DNA from: Bacteroidota bacterium
GTDB lineage: Bacteria; Bacteroidota; Bacteroidia; Bacteroidales; UBA7960
Direction of reading: 5' to 3'
Length of the DNA stretch: 64,000 nucleotides
Assembly: GCA_037441525.1 (NCBI GenBank)
Contig: JBBISA010000001.1
Span: 151,198 to 215,197 of the forward strand
The notes under the pieces are model-generated. The model saw only the letters and a list, made by a program, of their open reading frames with translations. It was not told the origin of the DNA and made no database searches. Positions 47,672 to 57,332 of the stretch are shown here, piece after piece. Position numbers and translations under genes: made by a program. Positions within the stretch are counted from its first letter, which is position 1. Every line of letters starts with the position of its first letter.

Positions 47672-47824
47672 TAATTCAATAATATGGTTAAATATTTAAC
47701 AATACGTGTAATCACATTGATTATTAGCGAAAAACAATCTTATCAATCGATTAAATCGGGTCATGTTAGCAGCATGTGGTAAATTCTTACCTTCGCCTTC
47801 CATTTAAAATGAATAAAAACCCTT

Positions 47825-48598
47825 ATGCCGGCAGTTACAATGATTTTGCTTGGAACAGGCACTTCGCAGGGTATTCCGGTAATAGCTTGCGATTGTAATG
47901 TATGTGCAAGTAGTAACCCTCTTGATAAACGTCTGCGCTCGTCTGCTCTGATAATTACCAACTGCAATACTATATCCATCGATGCGGGGCCTGATTTCAG
48001 ACAACAAATGTTGCGGGAAAATGTAAAGAGGCTTGATGCAATTTTAATTACACACGACCATAAAGACCATATTGGCGGTCTGGACGATATAAGGGCTTAT
48101 AACTGGATTCTGCAAAAGCCTATGGATATATATGCTTCGGAAGAGGCATTGAAAAGAATAAGGATTGAATTTGCCTATGCATTTCATGAAGACAAATACC
48201 CCGGTGTACCGGAAATTAATCTGAAAACCATTGGGAATCATCCTTTCACCATTAATGACGATACTATTATACCCATCAGGGCGTTGCATGGCAATTTGCC
48301 TGTGCTGGGTTTTAGGGTAGGCAATGTTTCTTACCTTACAGATGCAAGTTTAATAGAAGATAAAGAAAAGGAGAAAATGAGAGGCTGTAAGGCAATTATT
48401 ATTAATGGTTTAAGAAAACTGAAGCATCACTCTCATTTCAATCTTGAAGAGGCAGTTGCTTTGCTTAAGGATTTAAATCCTGAAAAAGGCTACATTACTC
48501 ATATTAGCCATCAGCTTGGATTACATGAAGAGGTAAACAGGGAGCTACCCGCTGGTATTGAGCTGGGCTATGATGGGCTTAGGATTACTGTGGATTGA
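47825..48598 (+). CDS. MBL-fold metallo-hydrolase (PhnP-like), paralog of 3054..3863
   Basis: It has THDHKDH and GTGTSQGIP...CDCNVC, and it is collinear with the first copy along its full length. Confidence 0.8.
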   Translation: MPAVTMILLGTGTSQGIPVIACDCNVCASSNPLDKRLRSSALIITNCNTISIDAGPDFRQQMLRENVKRLDAILITHDHKDHIGGLDDIRAYNWILQKPMDIYASEEALKRIRIEFAYAFHEDKYPGVPEINLKTIGNHPFTINDDTIIPIRALHGNLPVLGFRVGNVSYLTDASLIEDKEKEKMRGCKAIIINGLRKLKHHSHFNLEEAVALLKDLNPEKGYITHISHQLGLHEEVNRELPAGIELGYDGLRITVD

Positions 48599-48613
48599 TG
48601 GATAATTAGGATT

Positions 48614-50284
48614 CTATTTTTCGAAAAAAACCCTTTTAAGTATCATGTGATTCAAAGGATTAGTTTCCATTCCTTTGACATAATGGGGTAAAAAACGTAC
48701 AGACTGGTCGTAAAAAAGCGGCACAACGGGTGCCTCAGCAATTACAATACTATCTAAACGCTGGTAATAAAGATACCTCAGGGAATCGTTTACAATTGAC
48801 CTGGTCTTATCGTAAAGCCGATCAAAGGTTGGGTTTGTAAAATGGGTGTAATTGGGGCCCTGCGGGGTATGATTCTTAGAATAAAATAAGGCAAGGTAAT
48901 TTTCGGCATCCGGATAATCGGCAATCCATGACGCCCTGAAAAACGGGGCCTCAGCTTTAGCCATGAGCTCACGCAAGGTAGCAGGAGGCATTACATTGAT
49001 CTTTATTTTTATGCCAATGCGGGCGAGTTCGTGCTGGACATACTGGCCAATATCCATATAGAGTGTTGTAGTTGCCAGTTCGATAGGCTGGAGTCCGTTT
49101 CCATTGGGGAAACCGGCCTCGGCGAGCAATTGCAATGCAAGTTCGGGCTTATAAGTGTAACCACCAGTATTTTCTGAAAAACCAGGCATTCCAACCGGAA
49201 CAAAACCGGCATGAGCTGGTGTGCCCAGATTATTTCGCAGATATCTGAGCATTTTTTCACGGTCGAAGCCATAATTAATCGCCTGCCTTATCTTTTTATC
49301 TCTCATAAGTGCACCTTCACCTGGTTGTTTTTTGTCTATTAAAATACCCAGGTACTCAGTGTTAAGAAAAGGACCAGTTAACTTGTAAAACCGGTTATTG
49401 TATTTTGGATGAAGAGTGCCCTCAGGTGTTAGCAGCTCATCTTTGTAGCTGGCATCAATACGGGTTAGTATATCCAGCTTCCCTTTAATAAATTCAAGAA
49501 AAGCTGTTTGTCTGTCCTGAATAAAAGTTACAGAAATAGCATCAATAAAGGGTAATTGGCTTCCGTTTTCAAACTCAAAATAGTTTTGGTTCTTCCTAAG
49601 AACGAGTTTAACCCCTTCTTTCCAGTATCTGAATCTGAAGGGTCCTGTGCCAACGGGCTGTTTTCTGAAATTCTGGCCATAAGCAGTTATTGCTTCGTGA
49701 GGTACCACTGAGCAGTATTGCATGCATAATAGTCCGGGAAATGGCGGAAAAGGCTCTGAGAGATGAATTTGCAGAACAGAATCAGAAATGGCCTTAATAT
49801 TCAATGATCCATCTGGCAATTTTGCAACCGGGTTCATTACCCAGAGCCCCGGTGAGTTTAGGGTGGGGTTAACAAGCCTTGAAAAACTGAAAACAAAATC
49901 GGAAGCTACTACCCTTCTGCCTTTTCTCCCTGGATATACTTCATCATCATGAAAAAAGACATCATCTCTTAAAAAGAAACTATAGATTAATCCGTCGGGC
50001 GATACCTGCCAATCACGGGCAATTGCTGGCACTGGTTTCAACTGATTGTCGAGTTGCAATAGCCCGTTAAATATTTGCGAAGTAATCCAGATGTTAGCCT
50101 GGTTGCGGGCATAAATGGGGTCCAGGCTGGTAATATTACCATCTTCATTGTACCTGAATACAGTTAACCCGGTGGTATTCTCTGTAAAATTCCGGCACGA
50201 AATACCTGTAAACAAGACAGACAGGGTAATAACCCATACAGGCAGAAATTGAACATTCCCCATCCCTTCTGAAGTAATTTTCAT
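48614..50284 (-). CDS. ABC-transporter substrate-binding protein, family 5 (peptide/nickel type), orphan
   Basis: 556 aa with a signal peptide and SBP_bac_5-like motifs (LDPIYA...WVMNP...). No adjacent permease or ATPase genes are present. Confidence 0.8.
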   Translation of the reverse strand: MKITSEGMGNVQFLPVWVITLSVLFTGISCRNFTENTTGLTVFRYNEDGNITSLDPIYARNQANIWITSQIFNGLLQLDNQLKPVPAIARDWQVSPDGLIYSFFLRDDVFFHDDEVYPGRKGRRVVASDFVFSFSRLVNPTLNSPGLWVMNPVAKLPDGSLNIKAISDSVLQIHLSEPFPPFPGLLCMQYCSVVPHEAITAYGQNFRKQPVGTGPFRFRYWKEGVKLVLRKNQNYFEFENGSQLPFIDAISVTFIQDRQTAFLEFIKGKLDILTRIDASYKDELLTPEGTLHPKYNNRFYKLTGPFLNTEYLGILIDKKQPGEGALMRDKKIRQAINYGFDREKMLRYLRNNLGTPAHAGFVPVGMPGFSENTGGYTYKPELALQLLAEAGFPNGNGLQPIELATTTLYMDIGQYVQHELARIGIKIKINVMPPATLRELMAKAEAPFFRASWIADYPDAENYLALFYSKNHTPQGPNYTHFTNPTFDRLYDKTRSIVNDSLRYLYYQRLDSIVIAEAPVVPLFYDQSVRFLPHYVKGMETNPLNHMILKRVFFEK

Positions 50285-50459
50285 CGGTAAACTATTTACA
50301 TTGTGGTTGCCTGATTTATTATCGGATAAATGCAGGATAACACTATTTTTACAACTTTCATTGATATAGAAACGCTGTTGAGTTTACCATGTAATAATGA
50401 TGGGTTGTATTTTTCTGAAAGCGTATTCCACTCATAAGCCCTTATTTGCCAGATTACAA

Positions 50460-50909
50460 TTATTCTGCTCTGCTGATTTTGCGAAAGTACTTTTTATACT
50501 GAAATTTTCGAGGGTAAAACATCAAAAAAAGAGGAATGTACATTAGTCGATCCCAAATTCTGGACGGTGATTCAAACTCAATATCATCTACTATGAAACA
50601 TGAGCTGGCATCGCGGGCAACAACCCTGTGTATATGTTTCCAATACCTTATACCAAAGGGAACCCTTAAACCGCGGTCAACAAATCCATATTCACGGTGC
50701 GAAAGCCATGACTCTTTGATGATTACAGTCCAGTTGCCAATTATTGGGATTGTGAATTTAATATCAACAATATCGCCTGGATTCTGACCTTCATATTTAT
50801 TCAATCTGGCCACAAAAGGGGGCAAAAGATACAGAAATAATTGCTTATTGAATCCCTGATACACAATCTTAAAGGGTTGCACTATTGTTGTAATAATTCT
50901 CATTCTCAT
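50460..50909 (-). CDS. Hypothetical protein, possibly SRPBCC/START-like
   Basis: ORF with a start at the internal ATG. The fold assignment rests only on weak pattern resemblance. Confidence 0.4.
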   Translation of the reverse strand: MRMRIITTIVQPFKIVYQGFNKQLFLYLLPPFVARLNKYEGQNPGDIVDIKFTIPIIGNWTVIIKESWLSHREYGFVDRGLRVPFGIRYWKHIHRVVARDASSCFIVDDIEFESPSRIWDRLMYIPLFLMFYPRKFQYKKYFRKISRAE

Positions 50910-51036
50910 AATTCTGTGGAGTTTGGCTTCACAACCAGCCTTATTAAAAAGCAAAAAGTAGAACTGGAACCAATCTGCCTATACATAAAACACGCCAGAC
51001 AGAAAAAGTATTGAAGATAAAAGTAATGTATAGAAT

Positions 51037-52146
51037 TTAATTTCTGAAAATCAATAGAGGCAGATTTGCAGAATGGATCAGTTTTTTTGTAAGATCAGGA
51101 TTAAACATACGTTGTAGCAACCCCCGTTTTTTGTTAGTGAGAGCAATAATATCGATATTATTTTTTCCACAAAAAGTTTCTAAACTATTAACAAGGTTTT
51201 CACCTTTGAGCACACTACATTCAACCTGAGCATTAGAATTGATACGTGAAAAGTAATTTTTTAATCCTTCCAATTTAACATCAACCCATTTGTCTTCATT
51301 GGTGCGCGTAATGTGCAGGCAATGTATATTAACCTGAAAAGCAGCTACAATGGTGAAGAGTCTGCGAACGGCAAGGTAATCGGTATCGTCGAAGTCGGTA
51401 ATATAGGCAATATTACTGATTTCCATTATTTTATCGGCATCTGCCTTTTCAGGTATTGCGAGTATTGGCACTTTTACCTGGTCAAGAACCCTGTATACCA
51501 CAGTACCGATTATGTCGCTCTGTTTAACTCCTTTTCCTTTAGTGCCCATAACAATAATGCCGGGTTTAAAGGTTTTAGCCATAAGTGCAATTTCATCCTC
51601 CACAATTCCTTCGCGCAACGAGTAACTTATTTTTAGCTCCGGAAATCCGTCATCAATGGCTTTTTTCCTTATATCGGCAATAAAATTGGTAAGTTTAATT
51701 TTTGCTTGTTCTTCCAGTTCCCGCAGGTTAATATCCATATCCACCTGAATTGAATAGGCGTCGGTTATCGGCACCAGGTCAACAATAGGGGCATAAAAAA
51801 CATGGAGTATTTTAAGGTCGGCATTGTATTTTTGTGCCAGTCGTAATGCATAAAAGCAGGCTGCTTTTGAGTAATGAGAAAAATCGACGGGTACCAGAAT
51901 TCTTCTTAATTCCTTGTGTTCGCGCGTTTCTTTTTCTTCCTGCTGGTTTTTAAGTTCCATGATAATGCGCAGAGCCTTTTCAACATCTGATTCCCTTATT
52001 TGAACCTTAACTCCTTCTGAAACAGCCCCCTGCAATAAATTTACATTTTTCAGAAAACATTCAATGCCCGAACTTTCAAGACGGGCCTTCAGCACTTCTG
52101 CGGCTGTATAATGGTCTGTTGCAATGGTTACCAGTTTGTCTTCCAT
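51037..52146 (-). CDS. Tandem universal stress protein (2x Usp) with a small N-terminal signal-transducing-like domain
   Basis: There are two Usp-like halves (ILVPVDFSHYS...IIVMGTKGKG and a second degenerate copy ...ALTNKKRGLL). The N-terminal ~70 aa resemble DUF2007-type domains. Confidence 0.75.
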   Translation of the reverse strand: MEDKLVTIATDHYTAAEVLKARLESSGIECFLKNVNLLQGAVSEGVKVQIRESDVEKALRIIMELKNQQEEKETREHKELRRILVPVDFSHYSKAACFYALRLAQKYNADLKILHVFYAPIVDLVPITDAYSIQVDMDINLRELEEQAKIKLTNFIADIRKKAIDDGFPELKISYSLREGIVEDEIALMAKTFKPGIIVMGTKGKGVKQSDIIGTVVYRVLDQVKVPILAIPEKADADKIMEISNIAYITDFDDTDYLAVRRLFTIVAAFQVNIHCLHITRTNEDKWVDVKLEGLKNYFSRINSNAQVECSVLKGENLVNSLETFCGKNNIDIIALTNKKRGLLQRMFNPDLTKKLIHSANLPLLIFRN

Positions 52147-52230
52147 GGTTGTGAGAATTAGGATTTATACTTATAAAATCAACAAATCCGACTTTAAAAG
52201 TACTAAAATCAACGTTGATAACCAAAGAAC

Positions 52231-52728
52231 TTATTGAATAGATTTCTTTATTTCAGAACTCATCTGGTGAACTTTTTCTTCGAGGGATTTTTTAAACGAA
52301 ATGATTTTTTCGAGTAAAACAACATCGGATGATGCCAGAATCTGGGCGGCCAGAATGCCTGCATTGCGGGCGCCGTCAAGTGCAACGGTTGCTACTGGCA
52401 CTCCTGCAGGCATTTGAAGTATAGACAGCACCGAATCCCACCCATCGATACTATTTGATGATTTTACGGGCACCCCGATTACCGGCAATGGAGTAAGTGA
52501 GGCAATCATCCCTGGCAAATGGGCTGCACCACCTGCTCCTGCTATTATTACTCTTATACCTCGTTGATGGGCATTCTGGGCAAAATCGAACATTTTTGCC
52601 GGGGTGCGATGGGCTGAAACAATATCAGTTTCTGTATCAATGCCCAATTCTTATTAAACCTTAAGGGCTTCTTCCATTACCCTCATATCGGAAATGCTTC
52701 CCATTACAATGGCGACCTGTGCATTCAT
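52231..52728 (-). pseudogene. purE: N5-carboxyaminoimidazole ribonucleotide mutase (purE) interrupted by two consecutive in-frame TAA codons
   Basis: The minus-strand reading frame gives MNAQVAIVMGSISDMRVMEEALKV-TAA-TAA-ELGIDTETDIVSAHRTP... The total is 166 codons in one frame, and the stops lie at 52651..52656. PurE motifs (GSxSD, SAHRTP, AGGAAHLPG) sit on both sides of the stops. Confidence 0.8.
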
Positions 52729-52877
52729 AACGCTTATTTAGTTAGTTCGTATTTTTTATAAGTGTTTATCGATATGCAGATAAGTATTGCAAGAAACCTG
52801 AGCAAAGATGTAAAAAATCCAAGTATGTTCGTTCCTGGTTAATACAGGCTTTTCGAATCCTAACCCCTAAGAACCCA

Positions 52878-54038
52878 CTATTTCGATATTACTTTAAGAA
52901 TATCCTTCACTTTAAGTGCATTTTCCCTGGCCATTTGGATGGTAGATGCTGTAATGGTTACATGCCCCATTTTACGGTTAGGCCGGGTTTCAGTTTTACC
53001 ATAAAGATGCATATATGCTCCTTCTATACCAAGCATCTGTTCAGCTCCTTCATAAACAACGGGGCCGGAAAAGCCTTCTTCACCTGTTAAATTAACCATT
53101 ATCGCAGGGCGTATCTGTTGGGTGCTTCCAAGCGGAAATCCAAGTATTGCCCTTAGATGTTGTTCAAACTGTGATGTTATACAGGCTTCGATGGTTAAAT
53201 GACCGCTGTTATGAACCCTTGGAGCACATTCATTTATCCAGATGGTACCATCTCGATTAACAAACATTTCAATGGCAAGTACACCTACTATGCCGAGTTT
53301 TCTGATTAGGTCCATTGAAATAGCTGCAGCTGTATCCAATGTACTTTGGAGCAAGCTCGCCGGGCAATATACATATTCAACCAGGTTGGCCACCGGATGG
53401 AATGACATCTCAACAGGAGGAAATGTTTTAATCTCTCCATTCTGATTACGGACTGCCACCAGGGCTATTTCATGTTCAACGGCAGCAAGCTCCTCAATAA
53501 GCCCGGGTGTATCAGGAATATCATTGATTTCGCCAGGATTTCTGATGATTCTTACCCCCCTGCCATCGTATCCGCCTGTGGCTGCCTTCCATACATAAGG
53601 CAACTGAAATGGAATCTTATCAAGCTTTTTGAGCATTTCTGCCCTGCTCCTGAAGCCAAACCATGGCGCAGTTGGTATATTATTGTCCGTGTAAAACTGC
53701 TTCTGAAAAACCTTGTTTTGAATCATTTCAACAATATCCGGCTGGGGAAATACCTTCTTTCCCATTGCCTGCAAATCCCTGAGAGCATGGGTATTTACAC
53801 TTTCGATTTCGATAGTAATGATATCGCAATCCGAACCAAACTTCATTACTGTTTCATAATCATTAAAGTTGCCCTGTACAAATTGTTTACATCCGTTACT
53901 ACATGGAGCATCGGCTGAGGGGTCGAGCACTTTTGTAAAAAGGTCGTAACGGCGGGTAACATCAAGTAGCATTTTGCCCAGTTGGCCACCACCCAAAATG
54001 CCTATTTTCAATGATGTTGAAGAGAAATAGTTTTCCAT
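52878..54038 (-). CDS. purK: 5-(carboxyamino)imidazole ribonucleotide synthase (ATP-grasp)
   Basis: 386 aa with N-terminal IGILGGGQLGKM and an ATP-grasp core. It lies upstream of purE. Confidence 0.9.
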   Translation of the reverse strand: MENYFSSTSLKIGILGGGQLGKMLLDVTRRYDLFTKVLDPSADAPCSNGCKQFVQGNFNDYETVMKFGSDCDIITIEIESVNTHALRDLQAMGKKVFPQPDIVEMIQNKVFQKQFYTDNNIPTAPWFGFRSRAEMLKKLDKIPFQLPYVWKAATGGYDGRGVRIIRNPGEINDIPDTPGLIEELAAVEHEIALVAVRNQNGEIKTFPPVEMSFHPVANLVEYVYCPASLLQSTLDTAAAISMDLIRKLGIVGVLAIEMFVNRDGTIWINECAPRVHNSGHLTIEACITSQFEQHLRAILGFPLGSTQQIRPAIMVNLTGEEGFSGPVVYEGAEQMLGIEGAYMHLYGKTETRPNRKMGHVTITASTIQMARENALKVKDILKVISK

Positions 54039-54238
54039 GAAATATCAGGTATTTGTGCGGCAAAGGTAAAAAATTAAAAGCTATGGTTTTCTGGCATTTA
54101 AAAAGGTAAAATAAATTGCGGTGTTTAAGATTTTGTGAATTCGATGCACCATAGGCTAAAAAAACTATCTTTGCCATGCAACCTAACTGGGTATTAGTAT
54201 TTACCTTATGATTCTTTTGAATAGTGAATATCATTTGT

Positions 54239-55057
54239 ATGATTAGGAATTTTATAAGTTTACTTTTTGTCTTACTGGTTTATTCGTTTGCTTATTCGGG
54301 CAACGGTAATTACCCTTTTGGAGGTCGTGGAGCAGGAATGGGTAACGCAACTGTTACCCTCTACGATTTCTGGGCCATGAGCTATAATCAGGCTGGTTTG
54401 TCACGGCTGAAAAACCCAACGGCAGGTGTTTTTTTCGAAAACCGTTTTTTGGTCAAAGAGCTTAGCTTTGGTGCCGCAGCATTTGCTATTCCTGTAAATG
54501 CAGGAGTTGTGGGCGCCAGTTTCACCTATTTTGGTTTCGAATACTATAACGAAACTAAGGTTGGGCTGGCCTATGCACGCGATTTTGGAGAAAGGTTTTC
54601 TTTTGGTGTGCAGCTCAATTACCAAAATACCGGCATTGGCGAAAGCTATGGAAACCAAGGCAATCTCACATTCGAAGGAGGTGCCATTTTTCATATTCTG
54701 CCCCAACTGGCTATTGGTATGCACGTGTTTAATCCCCTTCGGGCCAAGGTAGGTGACTTTGCCGACGAACGTATCCCAACAGTTTTTAAAACCGGCCTTG
54801 GATATACCTTTTCTGATAAGGCAATGGCCATTCTCGAAATAGAGAAAAGCCTCAATCACGAGCCCATTGTTAAGGCTGGCATAGAATACCGTATTATAGA
54901 ACCAATTTATATCAGGGGTGGGATTGGTACCAACCCATCAACCAACTCCTTTGGCTTTGGACTTAACCTTGGTAATCTGCAATTAGATATGGCCACAAAT
55001 TACCATTATGTTCTGGGTTATTCTCCCCAGGTTAGTTTTATTTACCATTTTAAATAA
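54239..55057 (+). CDS. Predicted outer-membrane beta-barrel protein (PorQ/PorV-like?)
   Basis: It has a signal peptide, the motif GGRGAGMGNA near the N-terminus, an alternating beta-strand pattern and an aromatic C-terminus (SFIYHFK). Confidence 0.55.
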   Translation: MIRNFISLLFVLLVYSFAYSGNGNYPFGGRGAGMGNATVTLYDFWAMSYNQAGLSRLKNPTAGVFFENRFLVKELSFGAAAFAIPVNAGVVGASFTYFGFEYYNETKVGLAYARDFGERFSFGVQLNYQNTGIGESYGNQGNLTFEGGAIFHILPQLAIGMHVFNPLRAKVGDFADERIPTVFKTGLGYTFSDKAMAILEIEKSLNHEPIVKAGIEYRIIEPIYIRGGIGTNPSTNSFGFGLNLGNLQLDMATNYHYVLGYSPQVSFIYHFK

Positions 55058-55088
55058 TCCCACATTTCGGTACTGATAAATCTGGCGA

Positions 55089-57206
55089 ATGAGAAAGGCA
55101 ATCATAACAGTAGCTACCCTTTGTTTCTTTTCCGTGTGCCTTTTGGCACAGGAACCTGAAACATTGGAGCAGAACCCTCCAGTTGTTGTACCCGAAATGC
55201 CTGTGGAAGAAGATGAATTTCAACAGCGTATAGAAGCCCTGATTGAAGATAGTGAAGATGATATTGATGTTTCGGATTTACTTGAAGAACTTGAATTACT
55301 CAGACAACGCCCCTTAAACCTTAACCATTCCACTGCCGACGAGTTGCGCAGGCTTTATCTTTTATCAGAAATACAGATTAACAACCTGATATTGCATAGA
55401 AGTAGATTTGGCAATCTAATAAGTATGCTCGAATTGCAGACTGTAGAAGGTTTCGACGCGCAAACCATTGACAGGATAAGACCTTTTGTTTTTGTAAGTG
55501 AAGTAGCCGCAAGAAGGCAAATGACCTTAGATGATGTGTTGCGGCGGGGGACCAGCCAATTATTTATCAGATACCAGCAATTTGTGGAGGAACAAAAGGG
55601 ATTTTCATCTATCGATCCCGAAGAACTCGAGAAAAATCCCAATGCCCGTTACCTGGGTTCACCTTACCGACTCTATTCCCGTTACCGTTTTACCTATTAC
55701 AACAACCTTAGCGTTGGCATTACAGCGGAAAAAGACCCAGGCGAAGAGTTTTTTAAAGGCTCCCAGCAAAAGGGGTTCGATTTTTACTCTGCCCACTTTT
55801 ATGTTAGGGATTTTGGCAAAATTAAGTCACTGGCTCTGGGCGACTTTCAGGTTCAGTTTGGACAAGGATTGACCTTATGGTCAGGTTTGGCATTTGGTAA
55901 AAGCAGTGAAGCTGTGTATGTGAAAAAAAATGGTTTGGGTCTAAGGCCTTATACTTCGGTTGATGAAAATAACTATATGCGGGGTGCGGGGACTACCCTT
56001 CAATTTGGCAAGCTCGAATTTACCGCCTTTTATTCAGGCAAAAACCGCGATGCTAATGTCATTGAAGTGGATGCCATTACCCAGGAGGCCCTGGTAATTA
56101 ACAGTCTGCAACAAACCGGCCTGCATCGCACCCCGCGCGAACTTAGCAATAAAAACTCGATACGTGAAGAGTATATGGGAGGAAATATTACCTTCAGAAA
56201 TCCCTCTTTGCAGGTGGGTGTTACCGGATATATAATGGAGCTTGGAGCCGAATTCAAGCGAAATCTTTCGTTTTACAATCAATTTGATTTCAACAGCAAA
56301 ACCAATTGGAACCTGGGTACTGATTATAACTATGTTTTCAAAAATTTCAATTTCTTTGGTGAGATAGCCATGGGTAAAAGCGATGGTTATGCATTCCTGA
56401 ACGGGGTTATGATGAGCATCGATCCACGGTTGAGCCTGAGTGTGCTTCACCGGAAATTTTTGGTTGATTACCAGTCGGTGCTTAGCGTTGCATTCTCAGA
56501 AAATACAAGGGTTAGCAACGAAAACGGATTGTTTTTTGGGCTTAATGCCAAACTTAGTCGCACACTAAGCCTAAATGCCTATGCCGACCATTTCTCATTT
56601 CCCTGGATGAAATTCAGAACCTACAGCCCTTCAAGGGGTTACGATTATTTGGCACAGATTAATTATCGTCCCGAAAGGCGTATTGAGATTTACGCACGTT
56701 ATCGTATTAAAAACAAACCTTTGAATTCACCCGATGTGGCTGCTGTAAGATACCTCGATGACCAAACCCGTCAAAACTTTCGCCTTCACTTCAGTTACCC
56801 CATATCCCCATCATTCACCCTAAAAAACCGACTTGAATGGATTGAATATGCACATGGCAATAAAAAGCAAAATGGTTTTCTGATTTACCAGGATATTACC
56901 TACCGTAATTTTGCAAGTCCATTGTCTGTCACTTTCAGGTATGCCCTTTTTGATACCGACGGCTATGATTCAAGGATTTATGCCTACGAAAATGATGTTC
57001 TTTACGCCTTTTCATTCCCTTTTTATTCTGAAAAGGGGCACAGGGCATATATGGTTGTGCGCTACAGGTTGAACCGATTTACTGATATTCAGGCAAGGGT
57101 TGCGCAAACCTTTTATACCAATCGCAACAGCATTGGTAGCGGGTTGGATATGATAAATGGTAACAGCCGCACCGAGATTAAGGGGCTAATCAGGTTTCGG
57201 TTTTAA
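55089..57206 (+). CDS. Secreted helix-hairpin-helix (ComEA-like) domain protein fused to a large predicted beta-barrel
   Basis: It has a signal peptide, an acidic linker and tandem HhH motifs (LNLNHSTADELRRLYLLSEIQINNLILHR...LELQTVEGFDAQTIDRIRPF). About 520 aa of beta-strand-rich sequence follow, ending in GLIRFRF. Confidence 0.65.
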   Translation: MRKAIITVATLCFFSVCLLAQEPETLEQNPPVVVPEMPVEEDEFQQRIEALIEDSEDDIDVSDLLEELELLRQRPLNLNHSTADELRRLYLLSEIQINNLILHRSRFGNLISMLELQTVEGFDAQTIDRIRPFVFVSEVAARRQMTLDDVLRRGTSQLFIRYQQFVEEQKGFSSIDPEELEKNPNARYLGSPYRLYSRYRFTYYNNLSVGITAEKDPGEEFFKGSQQKGFDFYSAHFYVRDFGKIKSLALGDFQVQFGQGLTLWSGLAFGKSSEAVYVKKNGLGLRPYTSVDENNYMRGAGTTLQFGKLEFTAFYSGKNRDANVIEVDAITQEALVINSLQQTGLHRTPRELSNKNSIREEYMGGNITFRNPSLQVGVTGYIMELGAEFKRNLSFYNQFDFNSKTNWNLGTDYNYVFKNFNFFGEIAMGKSDGYAFLNGVMMSIDPRLSLSVLHRKFLVDYQSVLSVAFSENTRVSNENGLFFGLNAKLSRTLSLNAYADHFSFPWMKFRTYSPSRGYDYLAQINYRPERRIEIYARYRIKNKPLNSPDVAAVRYLDDQTRQNFRLHFSYPISPSFTLKNRLEWIEYAHGNKKQNGFLIYQDITYRNFASPLSVTFRYALFDTDGYDSRIYAYENDVLYAFSFPFYSEKGHRAYMVVRYRLNRFTDIQARVAQTFYTNRNSIGSGLDMINGNSRTEIKGLIRFRF

Positions 57207-57332
57207 TAAAAAGATTGGAAGGAGAAAGAATTTTCCACCATTTTTGGCGCCAACCCCATTTTCCATAACTTTGCGGCCACATATCCTAAAAAAACAGAAT
57301 TAACGGATTTACTAACCAAAACCATTTAAAAT

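Noticed and set aside
53472-54859. 148-aa and 152-aa ORFs antisense to purK and to the beta-barrel gene (53472..53918 plus strand, 54401..54859 minus strand).
   Set aside because: These are shadow ORFs opposite well-supported genes.
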